Shown here piece by piece: positions 39,097 through 48,592 of a DNA stretch of 64,000 nt. The DNA comes from an uncultured Clostridia bacterium (GTDB taxonomy: Bacteria; Bacillota; Clostridia; Christensenellales; UBA1242). Under the pieces are notes generated by a model that saw only the letters and a list, made by a program, of their open reading frames with translations, searched no databases and was not told where the DNA came from. A program made the translations under genes and the position numbers. Each line of letters begins with the position of its first letter. Position 1 is the first letter of the stretch. The stretch is taken from NCBI GenBank assembly GCA_944381175.1, contig CALWKD010000004.1, positions 154,192-218,191 on the forward strand. The letters run 5' to 3'.

Positions 39097-40116
39097 ATGG
39101 CAGAGATTTTTGTTGACAGTCTATATGATGCGGTGTTGGATTGCTTAAAAGTCATTCCAATTCTTTTTCTTGCCTATCTTTTGGTGGCATATCTCTCTCA
39201 CGACCACAGCCGCAAATTCAGCAGGTTTCTCTCCAAAAACAAAAAGACAAGCGTGCTTTATGCGTCATTTTTGGGTTGTATACCTCAGTGCGGTTTCTCA
39301 TCGGTGATTGCCGACCTATATTCTCAGACCAAAGTCTCTTTGGGGACACTTTTTGCCGTGTTTATTGCGACCTCTGACGAAGCAATTCCGCTTATGCTCA
39401 CAAACAGCGACTCCATTTTGTATATGCTGTTGATGATTGGGATAAAAGTTGTTTTGGCGTTGTTTTGGGGATATTCAATTGATGCAGTCGTTGACCTTAT
39501 CAAAAAAATAAAAACAAAAAAGACTGCCTCCAAGGAGACCTTGGCGGAGACGGCTCACGAACACTCGCAATCAGAAGAGGTGCAAAGTGGTGAAATTGCT
39601 GAATCTCACACGGAGCAGAAGCATTTGGAACATTCTCACAAACATCACCACACCTGCGGACATATTCACACCGACGAGTGCGACGAGCATTGTGGGCACG
39701 AAAAGTCGTGCTGTGCGGACAACATCTTTCTCGACGCTTACTACCACACTTTTGAGATAACAATATACATCTTTGTCGCAACATTTATTTTGAACTTCCT
39801 GATTTCTTATGCTGACTTTGCGGGAGTTGATATTGTCACAAAAATTTTGACAGATAATATCTACATTCAAATCTTGGTTGCAAGTCTCATCGGCTTGATT
39901 CCAAATTGTGCGGCATCTGTTCTGCTTGTCGAACTGTTCACGGCAAACTCGCTTGGCTTCCCTGCACTTATTGCGGGACTGACTGCGTGTGCAGGGGTGG
40001 GAATGGTTATTTTGTGGACAAAGAACAGGAAAAAACCTATTCAAAATTTGTTGATTTTGATTGGGCAATTTGTCATCGGTGTTTTGTCTGGTTTGTTCCT
40101 CACGATATTCTTCTAA
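39097..40116 (+). CDS. polytopic membrane protein with His/Cys-rich loop (putative heavy-metal exporter, ArsP_2-like)
   Basis: About 10 TM segments in two halves. Central loop HEHSQ...HLEHSHKHHHTCGHIHTDECDEHCGHEKSCC. Confidence 0.6.
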   Translation: MAEIFVDSLYDAVLDCLKVIPILFLAYLLVAYLSHDHSRKFSRFLSKNKKTSVLYASFLGCIPQCGFSSVIADLYSQTKVSLGTLFAVFIATSDEAIPLMLTNSDSILYMLLMIGIKVVLALFWGYSIDAVVDLIKKIKTKKTASKETLAETAHEHSQSEEVQSGEIAESHTEQKHLEHSHKHHHTCGHIHTDECDEHCGHEKSCCADNIFLDAYYHTFEITIYIFVATFILNFLISYADFAGVDIVTKILTDNIYIQILVASLIGLIPNCAASVLLVELFTANSLGFPALIAGLTACAGVGMVILWTKNRKKPIQNLLILIGQFVIGVLSGLFLTIFF

Positions 40117-40175
40117 AGCAGAACAAAGCGTGGGGTGGGAACTGAAAACACTAAAAATAAAAACATAAAAAAATA

Positions 40176-40212
40176 AAAAGCACTCATTTCGGGGTGCTTT
40201 TATTGTTTTTTC
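40176..40212. terminator. bidirectional terminator
   Basis: AAAAGCACTC pairs with GGGGTGCTTTT, with an A-run before and a T-run after. Lies between convergent genes. Confidence 0.7.
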
Positions 40213-40278
40213 GCTCTATGCAACAATTCGGGTGACAGATTGGTTTATCTTTAAAACTCCAATTTTGGAGGCTTCAGA

Positions 40279-40530
40279 CTAACCATTCAAGCCGTTTGCC
40301 TGACGCTCCATATTTTCAACGACAATATCTTGGATGTCACCGAGACTGTCGCAATATTCCAAGACTTTCCAAGGGGTGTTTGTGTGGAAGTGGAGTTTGA
40401 TAAGTTCGTCATCGCCGACCACCAAAAGACAATCTCCTTCAATGTTTTCCGTGATATAATCTCTGATTTGTTCGTCAGAGAGGTCTTTTCCTTCAATCAA
40501 AAGTTGGGTGTCAAATTTATATTCAATCAT
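40279..40530 (-). CDS. small protein resembling the segment after the DAK2 domain of YloV/FakA-type kinases
   Basis: GDCLLVVGDDELIKLHFHTNTPWKVLEY...GDIQDIVVENMERQ. ATG 40530 follows AAAGGAGA SD. Confidence 0.45.
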   Translation of the reverse strand: MIEYKFDTQLLIEGKDLSDEQIRDYITENIEGDCLLVVGDDELIKLHFHTNTPWKVLEYCDSLGDIQDIVVENMERQANGLNG

Positions 40531-40544
40531 ATTTTTCTCCTTTG

Positions 40545-41171
40545 TCAATTTTCTTGATTATAAAAATCAAATGCTTTCATAATTTCTTCCAAATCATCCG
40601 TTGGGTTTAGGGCTTCCTCAAAACTGAAACGCTCATCCTCTTTTTGAGGTTCTTGCTTTGTGGTGGTTATTTTGACTTCCTTTGGGGCTTCCTGACCCTT
40701 CTTGTATTCCTGCATTTTGTTCAGCAAAATTCTCATACTGTCATTTCCTGAGTTGATTGGGTGGGAGAGAACGTTGTCTTTCGGGATGTTTGTTTTTGCA
40801 GACTTGATAATGCTTGAAAATTCGTTTAAGATGTCGAGAAATTTTGGGTCTCGTCGCAGTTGGGGAAATTTTATGTTGAGTTCGTTTAGCAGAAGTTCCA
40901 GCTTGTCCATAACAAGACTGTATATCTTCTTTGAGCCCTCTTCCTGAAATTGTTGTTGTTTTTCAATCACATTGAGTGCGTTGAGGATGTTTTTCTCCTT
41001 GTTCTCAATCTCAATTCGCTCATTTTTCGCGTCTAACAACTTCTTCTCTGACTCCAACGCCTTGAGTTTTTCCGACATAAGTTTCGCTTCATAACTTGCC
41101 TTCAGACGCTGGATATAGGCATCAACTTCATTACGATTGTAACCATTGATTTCTTGTTGAAACATCTTCAT
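40545..41171 (-). CDS. DivIVA-domain coiled-coil protein
   Basis: N-terminal F..EINGYNRNEVDAYIQRL (DivIVA signature) followed by a long coiled coil. Confidence 0.7.
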   Translation of the reverse strand: MKMFQQEINGYNRNEVDAYIQRLKASYEAKLMSEKLKALESEKKLLDAKNERIEIENKEKNILNALNVIEKQQQFQEEGSKKIYSLVMDKLELLLNELNIKFPQLRRDPKFLDILNEFSSIIKSAKTNIPKDNVLSHPINSGNDSMRILLNKMQEYKKGQEAPKEVKITTTKQEPQKEDERFSFEEALNPTDDLEEIMKAFDFYNQEN

Positions 41172-41668
41172 AATCCTTTTTTTATATTTAAAATAATTGA
41201 TATACCTAATTGTACCAAAAAATACACCACAAATGCAATAAAAATCGGGGTGGTAATCAAATTTTTTCTTAGCAAAAATCCATATAAAGTCAGGAAAGTT
41301 AGGGAATAAGCGAGAATCAAGTGGAATTTTTGGTGATAGACAAGAAAAGTTGAAACTGACGCCAAAATAAATGCGACGGCGATGAAAAATATTGCATAAC
41401 TTCTCAAATCCAACAGGAAAAAGTCGAAGCCAGATATGCCGATATTGATGAGCAAAACGCCAAAATAAAATGCGCTGTCAAATTTAAACATCAGTCCCTT
41501 TGCAAGTTCATATGCTCCAACGCACAAACAAAAAGAATAAAACCAGAGACTTGGAATTTTCAGATACAAAACGCAGAGGCAAACCAATCCAGCGAAAATA
41601 AGCAAATTTATCACCGCAATGCCACGCAAAAGCCAAGTTTTTTTTACACCCAAAAATCTTCCATTCAT
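41168..41668 (-). CDS. hypothetical membrane protein, 166 aa
   Basis: Five TM helices. Stop overlaps the DivIVA-like start (ATGA). Confidence 0.55.
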   Translation of the reverse strand: MNGRFLGVKKTWLLRGIAVINLLIFAGLVCLCVLYLKIPSLWFYSFCLCVGAYELAKGLMFKFDSAFYFGVLLINIGISGFDFFLLDLRSYAIFFIAVAFILASVSTFLVYHQKFHLILAYSLTFLTLYGFLLRKNLITTPIFIAFVVYFLVQLGISIILNIKKGL

Positions 41669-41727
41669 ACGATTATTATTCCAAAAAAGAATTTATTTAG
41701 TCAAAAAAAGGACTGGTTTCCCAATCC

Positions 41728-42552
41728 TTACAAGTCGCTTTTTATGATTTCGATAATTTTGTCCGTGACATCTTTTTTTAGACGGTGTTTTATCATATAC
41801 CAAATGATTAAAGCAAGCCCGAAGATGATGAAGATTATGCTCAAGACTTGGGATACTCTCAACGAACCCCAATATAAACTGTCCGTTCTCAACCCTTCAA
41901 TCCACGCACGGCCGATGCCATACAAAACGAAATAACTTGCACCGACCACACCAGGTCCTTTGAAATTCACCTTGAGGAGCATTGTCAAAAGCACGGCAAA
42001 GGTCGCGAAATCCCAAAGGCTTTCGTAGAAAAATGTTGCAAGATGCCATTCTCCAAGATTTTCAATGTAGACCGCAAACGGAAACCATTGCCAATCAGGA
42101 TTTGTGACCTCATATCCAAAGGCTTCTTGGTTGAAGAAATTTCCCCATCGTCCGACACCTTGTGCAAAAACCATAGCAACTGCGATAAGGTCGAACAGGG
42201 CGAAGATATTCTTCTTGTGAATTATGCAATAGAGTCCGACGCCGATTGCTCCGCCGATTAGTCCACCATAAAAAGCCAAACCGCCTTCCCAGATTTTGAA
42301 AACCTCGACAAAGTTTGTGTATTTGTCGAGGCTGAAAAGGACATAATAGACTCTTGCGCCGATGATTGCAAGCGGAATGACATAAAGGGCAAGGGTGAGG
42401 ATGTCGTCAGCCTTAAACCCACGCCTTTTTGCGAGCAGGCAGGTGATAAGAACCCCCAATATATATGCGAGTGCACTTGTTATGCCGTAAAATTTTATTT
42501 CAAGACCAAACAGGGTGAACCCGCTTGGAATAGACAACATTTGACTAAACAT
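41728..42552 (-). CDS. lgt: phosphatidylglycerol-prolipoprotein diacylglyceryl transferase
   Basis: GARVYYV, GLAFYGGLIGG, GRWGNFFNQEAFG. Confidence 0.9.
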   Translation of the reverse strand: MFSQMLSIPSGFTLFGLEIKFYGITSALAYILGVLITCLLAKRRGFKADDILTLALYVIPLAIIGARVYYVLFSLDKYTNFVEVFKIWEGGLAFYGGLIGGAIGVGLYCIIHKKNIFALFDLIAVAMVFAQGVGRWGNFFNQEAFGYEVTNPDWQWFPFAVYIENLGEWHLATFFYESLWDFATFAVLLTMLLKVNFKGPGVVGASYFVLYGIGRAWIEGLRTDSLYWGSLRVSQVLSIIFIIFGLALIIWYMIKHRLKKDVTDKIIEIIKSDL

Positions 42553-42644
42553 ATTTTTCCCTTTTTAATCTATGAGTATAAGTATATAAAAAATGATTGT
42601 TTATGTCAAATAAAAAAGTATCAGCATTGTGATACTTCTTTGTT

Positions 42645-43832
42645 TTAAAATTCGATTGGTTTGTAAACCTTGTAAATGAGGGAGACATAAAGCGGGTCAA
42701 ACAGGTCAGAGTTGTCGCAGGAGACAAAGCAGGTTGTGTTGTTCCCGTTTTCTCCAGCCGTAACCAAGCCACCAAATTCTTTGATTGTGTCAGCGGTTTG
42801 TTCCGTGTGCCCCATCAAAACTTTCGGTTGGCCGTTCACACAATAATCAATCATATTCATCAAGGTGACACAGTCCTGAACAAACACCGCCAAACTTTTT
42901 CCAAGTTCTTGTTGGTGTTTCACAAATTCGATCGCAGAAAGGACAGATTGGTAGGTGTTGTCGTTTTTCTCATTGTATTTAAAGAGAATAAGGCTGTCAA
43001 AACCCAAAGATTGAACATCCAGCAAGTCTTCATCAGGGACATTTGGAATGATTGCCATTGTGATGACACCTTGTTTCTTCAAAGCCTTGACAATCGAAGC
43101 AAACTTCTGCTTTTTGTCGACAAACTTGGTCAAATTGTCAATTCTATAGCGAGTTCCAAGTTTCAAAGTGGTGTTTTCAAATTCCACGCTTTGAGCCTGA
43201 ATACCATTTTTGCGTGAAGATGCATTGGCTTGATAAGAGTCCACGCTTTCAAAGTTGATTCTCTCAATCGTCTGGAGCAAGTATTCATTGTTGTTGTTCA
43301 TCAAAATTGCCGTGCCTTCCACAAAATCATAAGGGGAAAGTTTTGCACACATTTCTCTTTTCACCAAAACGAATTTGAAATTGTATTGGTTGTAGAAGAA
43401 GAAATCTCCATTTGAATTTTTGCACAAAATCCCCTTCGCTTGAATTGGGAAAAGTTGCCTTGCAACAATATCTTCTTCCACTTGTTTAAATGTAATGTCT
43501 TTCTTTACAGGGGCAGGGGCAAACTTGGTCTTTTGCAAACTGTAATCTTTTCCAGTAATTGAAGAAAGTTCATCCAAAATACCATTGATGTTTGAAAGTT
43601 CTTTATATGGTCTGCCTTGTCTAAGAGGAATAGGTCTCAAGTCTTCGCCAGAGATGATTTTGTCCATAATAATCTTGATATGTTCATCTCTTTTGAGTGT
43701 TGTTGGTGAATTGTCTCCAAAGATTCTTGCTAGAGCACGAAGTTCGTAAATACCCAATCCCTCAACTATTGACAGACATTCTCGTTGGCTTTTTGTTAGG
43801 TCTTTGTATTCGTATTCTGATTTTCTCGACAT
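42645..43832 (-). CDS. Rho-like protein with degenerate ATPase core (no Walker A)
   Basis: Aligned by eye to Rho: a Rho_N-like helix pair, a CSD-like segment (KGILCKNSNGDFFFY), VFVQDCVTLMNMIDY versus Rho LLDSITRLARAYN, and ENGNNTTCFVSCDNSD versus [18 protein letters not shown]. The P-loop position reads NLTKFVDKKQK. Confidence 0.5.
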   Translation of the reverse strand: MSRKSEYEYKDLTKSQRECLSIVEGLGIYELRALARIFGDNSPTTLKRDEHIKIIMDKIISGEDLRPIPLRQGRPYKELSNINGILDELSSITGKDYSLQKTKFAPAPVKKDITFKQVEEDIVARQLFPIQAKGILCKNSNGDFFFYNQYNFKFVLVKREMCAKLSPYDFVEGTAILMNNNNEYLLQTIERINFESVDSYQANASSRKNGIQAQSVEFENTTLKLGTRYRIDNLTKFVDKKQKFASIVKALKKQGVITMAIIPNVPDEDLLDVQSLGFDSLILFKYNEKNDNTYQSVLSAIEFVKHQQELGKSLAVFVQDCVTLMNMIDYCVNGQPKVLMGHTEQTADTIKEFGGLVTAGENGNNTTCFVSCDNSDLFDPLYVSLIYKVYKPIEF

Positions 43833-43964
43833 AAATTCTCCTCACTTCAATAACTTTAATTTTTCATTTTAAATGTCAACTCTTGTCATATTATATCATA
43901 ATTCGACATTTTTAACAACAATTTTTCAAATATTTTTAATTTGTCCATTATTGCACAAATTTTG

Positions 43965-43998
43965 TTGCATACCACACAACATATGGTGTATTATGCAA
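43965..43998 (-). repeat. composite box element, locus C
   Basis: Minus-sense TTGCATAATACAC-CATATGTT-GTGTGGTATGCAA (13-bp inverted arms). It abuts the stop codon of the SDR gene. Confidence 0.7.
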
Positions 43999-44724
43999 TC
44001 ACTCAAGCACTAAACCTCCGTCAACATAAAGCGTTTGACCTGTTATAAACGACGCTCCAGCACTGGACAGGAAGAGTATTGCGTTTGAGACATCTTTGGT
44101 TGTGCCCATTCTTTTGAGTGGGGTCATTGAGGCAATTTCTTCTTTTTCCTCTTCATCAAGATTATTGTTCATTTTTGTATTTATAAACCCTGGGCAGACA
44201 AGATTTATTCTTATGTCCATATTGCCAAGTTCGGTTGAGAGCGATTTGCAAAGTCCAGACATAGCACTTTTTGTCGAAGCATAAACACTTTCGCAGGAGC
44301 AACCATTCTTGTCCACAAACGAGCCCACAAGCACGATGTTTGCAGGGTTTTTGTTTATGGTCAATTTCGTGAACTCTCTGATGCATTTTATTGCAGACTT
44401 GATGTTAACTTCAAAAAGTTTGTCAATTTCCTCATCTGTGACATCAAAGATTATCGCTCTTTTTTGGGCGACACCTGCACAATAAATAAGACAATCGACG
44501 GACTTGAAATCTTTCTGAACTTTGGAAAAGAAATCTTTCACATCTGCATTGTTTAGGTCCATTTTATAAGTCTTTATCTCCACATCGCCAGCAAATTCGC
44601 TTGTGTCTATTTCGTGCGAATTGTAAGTGAGGGCGAGGTTGTATCCAGCACTTGCAAACCCTTTTGCAGTCTCCAGTCCAATTTCGCTTGAAGCGCCGAT
44701 GATTATCGCGGTTTTTCTTATCAT
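43999..44724 (-). CDS. SDR family oxidoreductase (FabG-like)
   Basis: IIGASSEIGLETA (TGxxxGxG-like), NAG-like CAG, YASTKSA (YxxxK). Confidence 0.85.
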   Translation of the reverse strand: MIRKTAIIIGASSEIGLETAKGFASAGYNLALTYNSHEIDTSEFAGDVEIKTYKMDLNNADVKDFFSKVQKDFKSVDCLIYCAGVAQKRAIIFDVTDEEIDKLFEVNIKSAIKCIREFTKLTINKNPANIVLVGSFVDKNGCSCESVYASTKSAMSGLCKSLSTELGNMDIRINLVCPGFINTKMNNNLDEEEKEEIASMTPLKRMGTTKDVSNAILFLSSAGASFITGQTLYVDGGLVLE

Positions 44725-45000
44725 TTGAATATTTCTCCTTTAAATCTTTTTGAGTCCTTTATGAATTAGGATAACGAATTTTAGTTCAACAAGCAAACAA
44801 TTTCACCAAATTTCAAATGAAAATTTGTTTTTTTGTCTAAAAATTCGCAAAATTTGCATTTTTGTCACAGAAGAACGCTTGTTTTTCAAGTTTTTTACGT
44901 ATTTATTGTTCAAAATCTAAATTTTTAAAATTTTTTGCGTGAATGAAATGGTAAATTTACATCAATGGGGTTTAAAGTTTTGGATGTTTTAAACATTTTC

Positions 45001-45030
45001 AATAAATAAAACCCCACATTTTTTGTGGGG
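45001..45030 (-). terminator. terminator after degV
   Basis: CCCCACA pairs with TGTGGGG, then TTTTATTTATT on the minus strand. Confidence 0.7.
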
Positions 45031-45036
45031 CGAGAT

Positions 45037-45882
45037 TTATCCTTGTGCTGTCCAAGCAAGACCAATGGCTGGTCCTGCATAAGTTCCAACAACAGGACCT
45101 ACTTCTCCTTCGTATATTTCGATTTTATCCTTATCTTTGCGAGACCCAAGCAATTTGTAAATCATTTCCTTAAATTTCCCAAATGTTTCCGCTCTTGCGA
45201 GATAGAGGATGAAAAGTCGATTGATTTTTTCAGGAATCATTGCAAACATATCCTTGATTGCTTTTTGAAGTCCAAATGATTTTTTGTTTGTCAGTTCGTT
45301 TTTATTGCAGATTATGATTGGTTTGATTTGGAGGATTGAGCCGATTGTCGCGGTGACTTTTCCAATTCTTCCACCTTTTTCAAGATATTCCATTGTTTCA
45401 GGAACAAAGATAATTGAACTTTTGTCAAGGCAGTCTTTGTTTAAGTGCTCAACAATCTCGGAGACGCTTTTGCCCTCATTTCTCCAATTTACCGCTTCCA
45501 TAATATAACCAAATATAGTCTCAGCAAGACCTTGGCTGTCAAACACAGTCACTTTTTCTGGCGCGTCGCATTGATTTTTTGCAAGAGTTGCGACATTGAA
45601 AGTGCCAGAGAAAGTTGAGCCAATAGTAAACACCAAAACATCATCACCTTTTGCGATTGCTTTGTTGTATTCTTGGATAAAGAGTGCGGGAGATGGTTGG
45701 CTTGTTTTTGGGAAGACTTTGTTTTTCAAGAAGTCGTCAAAAAACTCGCCGTATGTGCCAGGCCAACCTTCTTCGTATTCTTTTTCATTGACAAGATATC
45801 TCAGAGGAATAATTGTTATGTCATTCTTTTCGGCATATTCTTTTGTCACATAAGCAGTGCTGTCTGCAATGATTTTTATCAT
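45037..45882 (-). CDS. degV: DegV family fatty-acid-binding protein (FakB-like)
   Basis: MIKIIADSTAYV...TSQPSP...FDSQGL...GGRIG pattern. GGAGG SD before ATG 45882. Confidence 0.85.
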   Translation of the reverse strand: MIKIIADSTAYVTKEYAEKNDITIIPLRYLVNEKEYEEGWPGTYGEFFDDFLKNKVFPKTSQPSPALFIQEYNKAIAKGDDVLVFTIGSTFSGTFNVATLAKNQCDAPEKVTVFDSQGLAETIFGYIMEAVNWRNEGKSVSEIVEHLNKDCLDKSSIIFVPETMEYLEKGGRIGKVTATIGSILQIKPIIICNKNELTNKKSFGLQKAIKDMFAMIPEKINRLFILYLARAETFGKFKEMIYKLLGSRKDKDKIEIYEGEVGPVVGTYAGPAIGLAWTAQG

Positions 45883-46014
45883 AAAACCTCCAAAAGAGAA
45901 AATTTCAATAATAGAAAAATCCAATTCGCGATTATTTTATCATATTACCATTTATTTTCCAAATCATTTTAACCTTTTAAATGAAATTTATAAGCCTCAA
46001 AAATTGTCAATTTG

Positions 46015-46043
46015 TTGACTTATGTTTATTTATATGATATATT
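46015..46043 (+). promoter_or_regulatory. sigmaA promoter of lysS
   Basis: TTGACT (46015-46020), 17-nt spacer, TATATT (46038-46043). Confidence 0.55.
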
Positions 46044-46077
46044 TAAAGGAATTAGTTGAAAAAAATTCGGAGGTATT

Positions 46078-47535
46078 ATGGAAGAGAATTTGTCAAACGA
46101 AGTTGATATAAGAAGACAAAAGATTGAAGAACTTAAGAAAATGGGCGAAATTCCTTACAAGGAAAAGTATGAACGCACCCACACAATCACTGAGGCAAGA
46201 GAGGCACTTGGCAAGAAAGTTAAAATTGCTGGGCGTATTGTTGCGCGTCGAATTATGGGAAAATTTGGTTTTTGTCAAATCAGAGATATTTATGACAAAA
46301 TTCAGGTTTCTGTTGGAAGAAATGAGTTCTCGGAAGAAGATTACAATTTCTATAAGAAAATGATTGACATTGGCGACTTTATTGGTGTTGAGGGTGAGGT
46401 TTACCAGACTCAGACGGGAGAAGTGACTGTTAAAGCGGAAAAAATAGAACTTCTTTCAAAGACTCTCAGACCGCTTCCTGAAAAATTTCACGGTGTTGTT
46501 GACCAAGAAATCAAGTATAGACAAAGATACCTTGACCTTATTTCAAACGAAGATTCAAGAAAAATTTTCCTCACAAGAAGCAAGGTGGTTTCTTTCCTTA
46601 GAAGATATTTGGAGGAAAATGGCTTCATTGAGGTTGAGACTCCAATTCTTCAAACTGCGGTTTCTGGTGCAAGTGCAAGACCTTTCTTCACTCACCACAA
46701 CGCACTTGATATGGAGTGTAATTTGAGAATTGCAAAAGAATGTTATTTGAAGCAATGTATTGGTGCTGGGATTGACCGCGTGTTTGAACTCGGAAAAGAC
46801 TTCAGAAACGAGGGAATGGATCCATCACACCTTCAAGAATTTACTCAGGTTGAGTGGTATGCTTCTTATTGGAACTTTGAGGATAATATCAAATTCTTCA
46901 AAAAGATGATTGTTGAACTTCTTCAAAATTGCATCGGTACGACCAAGGTGAATTATCAAGGACAAGAAATCGACTTCTCAGGCGATTGGAAGAGAGTTGA
47001 TTATGTGGAGACGATGAAAGAACTTTTGGGATGTGACTTCCTTGCGATTGATGATGTTGATGAAATGAAAAAGGTTATTGTTGAGCGTGGACTTTTTGGC
47101 TATGCGGAACTTGAAGAGTGCAAATCTGTAAGGACGCTTATTGATTATGTCTACAAGAGAAAAATCAGAGCGGACATCGTAAACCCAACCATAATCTTCA
47201 ATTATCCAGCTGTTTTGATGCCTCTCGCAAGAATAAACGACAAAGACGACAGGATTATTGATGCGTTCCAAGTTGTTGCAGGCGGAGCAGAAATTGTCAA
47301 GGCTTACAGTGAGTTGGTTGACCCAATGAGGCAGAGGAAAAATTTTGAAGACCAACTCAAAGAAAAGGCTGCAGGTGATGAGGAGACAATGGATGTTGAC
47401 GAAGACTTCCTTCTCGCAATGGAGCACGGTATGCCACCAATCTCTGGACTTGGTTTTGGAATTGACAGATTTATGCAATTCATCTTTGACTGCCCAAATA
47501 TTAGAGATGTTGTCCTTTTCCCATTGATGAAATAA
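46078..47535 (+). CDS. lysS: lysine-tRNA ligase (class II)
   Basis: OB anticodon-binding domain and class II motifs (FRNEG, GLGFGIDR); 485 aa. Confidence 0.95.
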   Translation: MEENLSNEVDIRRQKIEELKKMGEIPYKEKYERTHTITEAREALGKKVKIAGRIVARRIMGKFGFCQIRDIYDKIQVSVGRNEFSEEDYNFYKKMIDIGDFIGVEGEVYQTQTGEVTVKAEKIELLSKTLRPLPEKFHGVVDQEIKYRQRYLDLISNEDSRKIFLTRSKVVSFLRRYLEENGFIEVETPILQTAVSGASARPFFTHHNALDMECNLRIAKECYLKQCIGAGIDRVFELGKDFRNEGMDPSHLQEFTQVEWYASYWNFEDNIKFFKKMIVELLQNCIGTTKVNYQGQEIDFSGDWKRVDYVETMKELLGCDFLAIDDVDEMKKVIVERGLFGYAELEECKSVRTLIDYVYKRKIRADIVNPTIIFNYPAVLMPLARINDKDDRIIDAFQVVAGGAEIVKAYSELVDPMRQRKNFEDQLKEKAAGDEETMDVDEDFLLAMEHGMPPISGLGFGIDRFMQFIFDCPNIRDVVLFPLMK

Positions 47536-47547
47536 ACTAAACTGGAG

Positions 47548-47967
47548 TTGCAAATGAAAATTTTTATCAAATTAGTTTTGCTTGTATGTGTCATATTCTT
47601 TGCACTTTTTAATTATAGAATTGTGAGTTTTAATAAAGGATTCAGTAAGCAAAGTTTTGAGGATAAAAGTATTTTAGAGGTTTTAACAACATTGACAGGA
47701 ATCACGCGTGTGGAATATTACTCAAAGACAATCCCATCGGGAGATTTTAAGTATCGAGTGTATATTGTTACGAATGATGATGCTTATCTTTTGAATGCAA
47801 CTCAATCTGATATAGACGCTTTTAATACATTAGGTATTTTTAGCAATAAATTAAAACCAAATAAAGTTACACCAATTCCATTTTATGTTGAGATAATTGT
47901 CGGAATAGTGATACTTGTAATTCCATTTGGAAAGAGAAAAAAGCTATCCACAAAAACAGAAGAGTAG
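47548..47967 (+). CDS. hypothetical membrane-anchored protein, 139 aa
   Basis: N- and C-terminal TM helices. GGAG SD. Confidence 0.5.
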   Translation: MQMKIFIKLVLLVCVIFFALFNYRIVSFNKGFSKQSFEDKSILEVLTTLTGITRVEYYSKTIPSGDFKYRVYIVTNDDAYLLNATQSDIDAFNTLGIFSNKLKPNKVTPIPFYVEIIVGIVILVIPFGKRKKLSTKTEE

Positions 47968-47974
47968 GGGAATT

Positions 47975-48592
47975 ATGAATTCAAAAGAAATTATGCAAGG
48001 GCTTGACAAGATGTATGAAAATCCGCATTGCGAACTTCAGTATGAGTCGCCTTTTCAACTTCTTGTGGCGGTTATACTTTCCGCTCAGTGCACGGACAAG
48101 CGGGTCAATCAGGTGACCGACGAACTTTTTGAGGTTGCAAAAATGCCTGAAGATTTTGTTAATATGCCTTTGGAAGAACTTGAACAAAGAATACATTCGT
48201 GCGGTTTTTATCACAATAAGGCAAGGTCAATAAAGTCTGCGAGTCAAGATATTATTGACCGATTTGGCGGTGAAGTTCCAAAGGATTTTAACGATTTGAC
48301 TTCCCTTGCAGGCGTAGGGAGAAAGACGGCGAATGTTATGATTTCCGAAGCGTTTGGTGGTAATGCGTTTGCAGTTGACACGCACGTTTTGAGGACTTCA
48401 AACAGACTCGGTCTTGTCAAAACAGACAATCCAAATGTGTGCGAGGCGGAACTTAAAAAGTTTTTCCCGAAAAAGAGTTGGTCGAAACTTCATTATCAAA
48501 TGGTCTTGTTTGGAAGATACACTTGCAAGGCGATAAAACCAGATTGTCACAATTGCGTCTTTAAAGAAAAGTGTAAAAATGCAAGACTGTGA
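47975..48592 (+). CDS. nth: endonuclease III
   Basis: HhH-GPD (LAGVGRKTANV), catalytic DTHV, and C-terminal 4Fe-4S cluster CKAIKPDCHNCVFKEKC. Confidence 0.9.
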   Translation: MNSKEIMQGLDKMYENPHCELQYESPFQLLVAVILSAQCTDKRVNQVTDELFEVAKMPEDFVNMPLEELEQRIHSCGFYHNKARSIKSASQDIIDRFGGEVPKDFNDLTSLAGVGRKTANVMISEAFGGNAFAVDTHVLRTSNRLGLVKTDNPNVCEAELKKFFPKKSWSKLHYQMVLFGRYTCKAIKPDCHNCVFKEKCKNARL

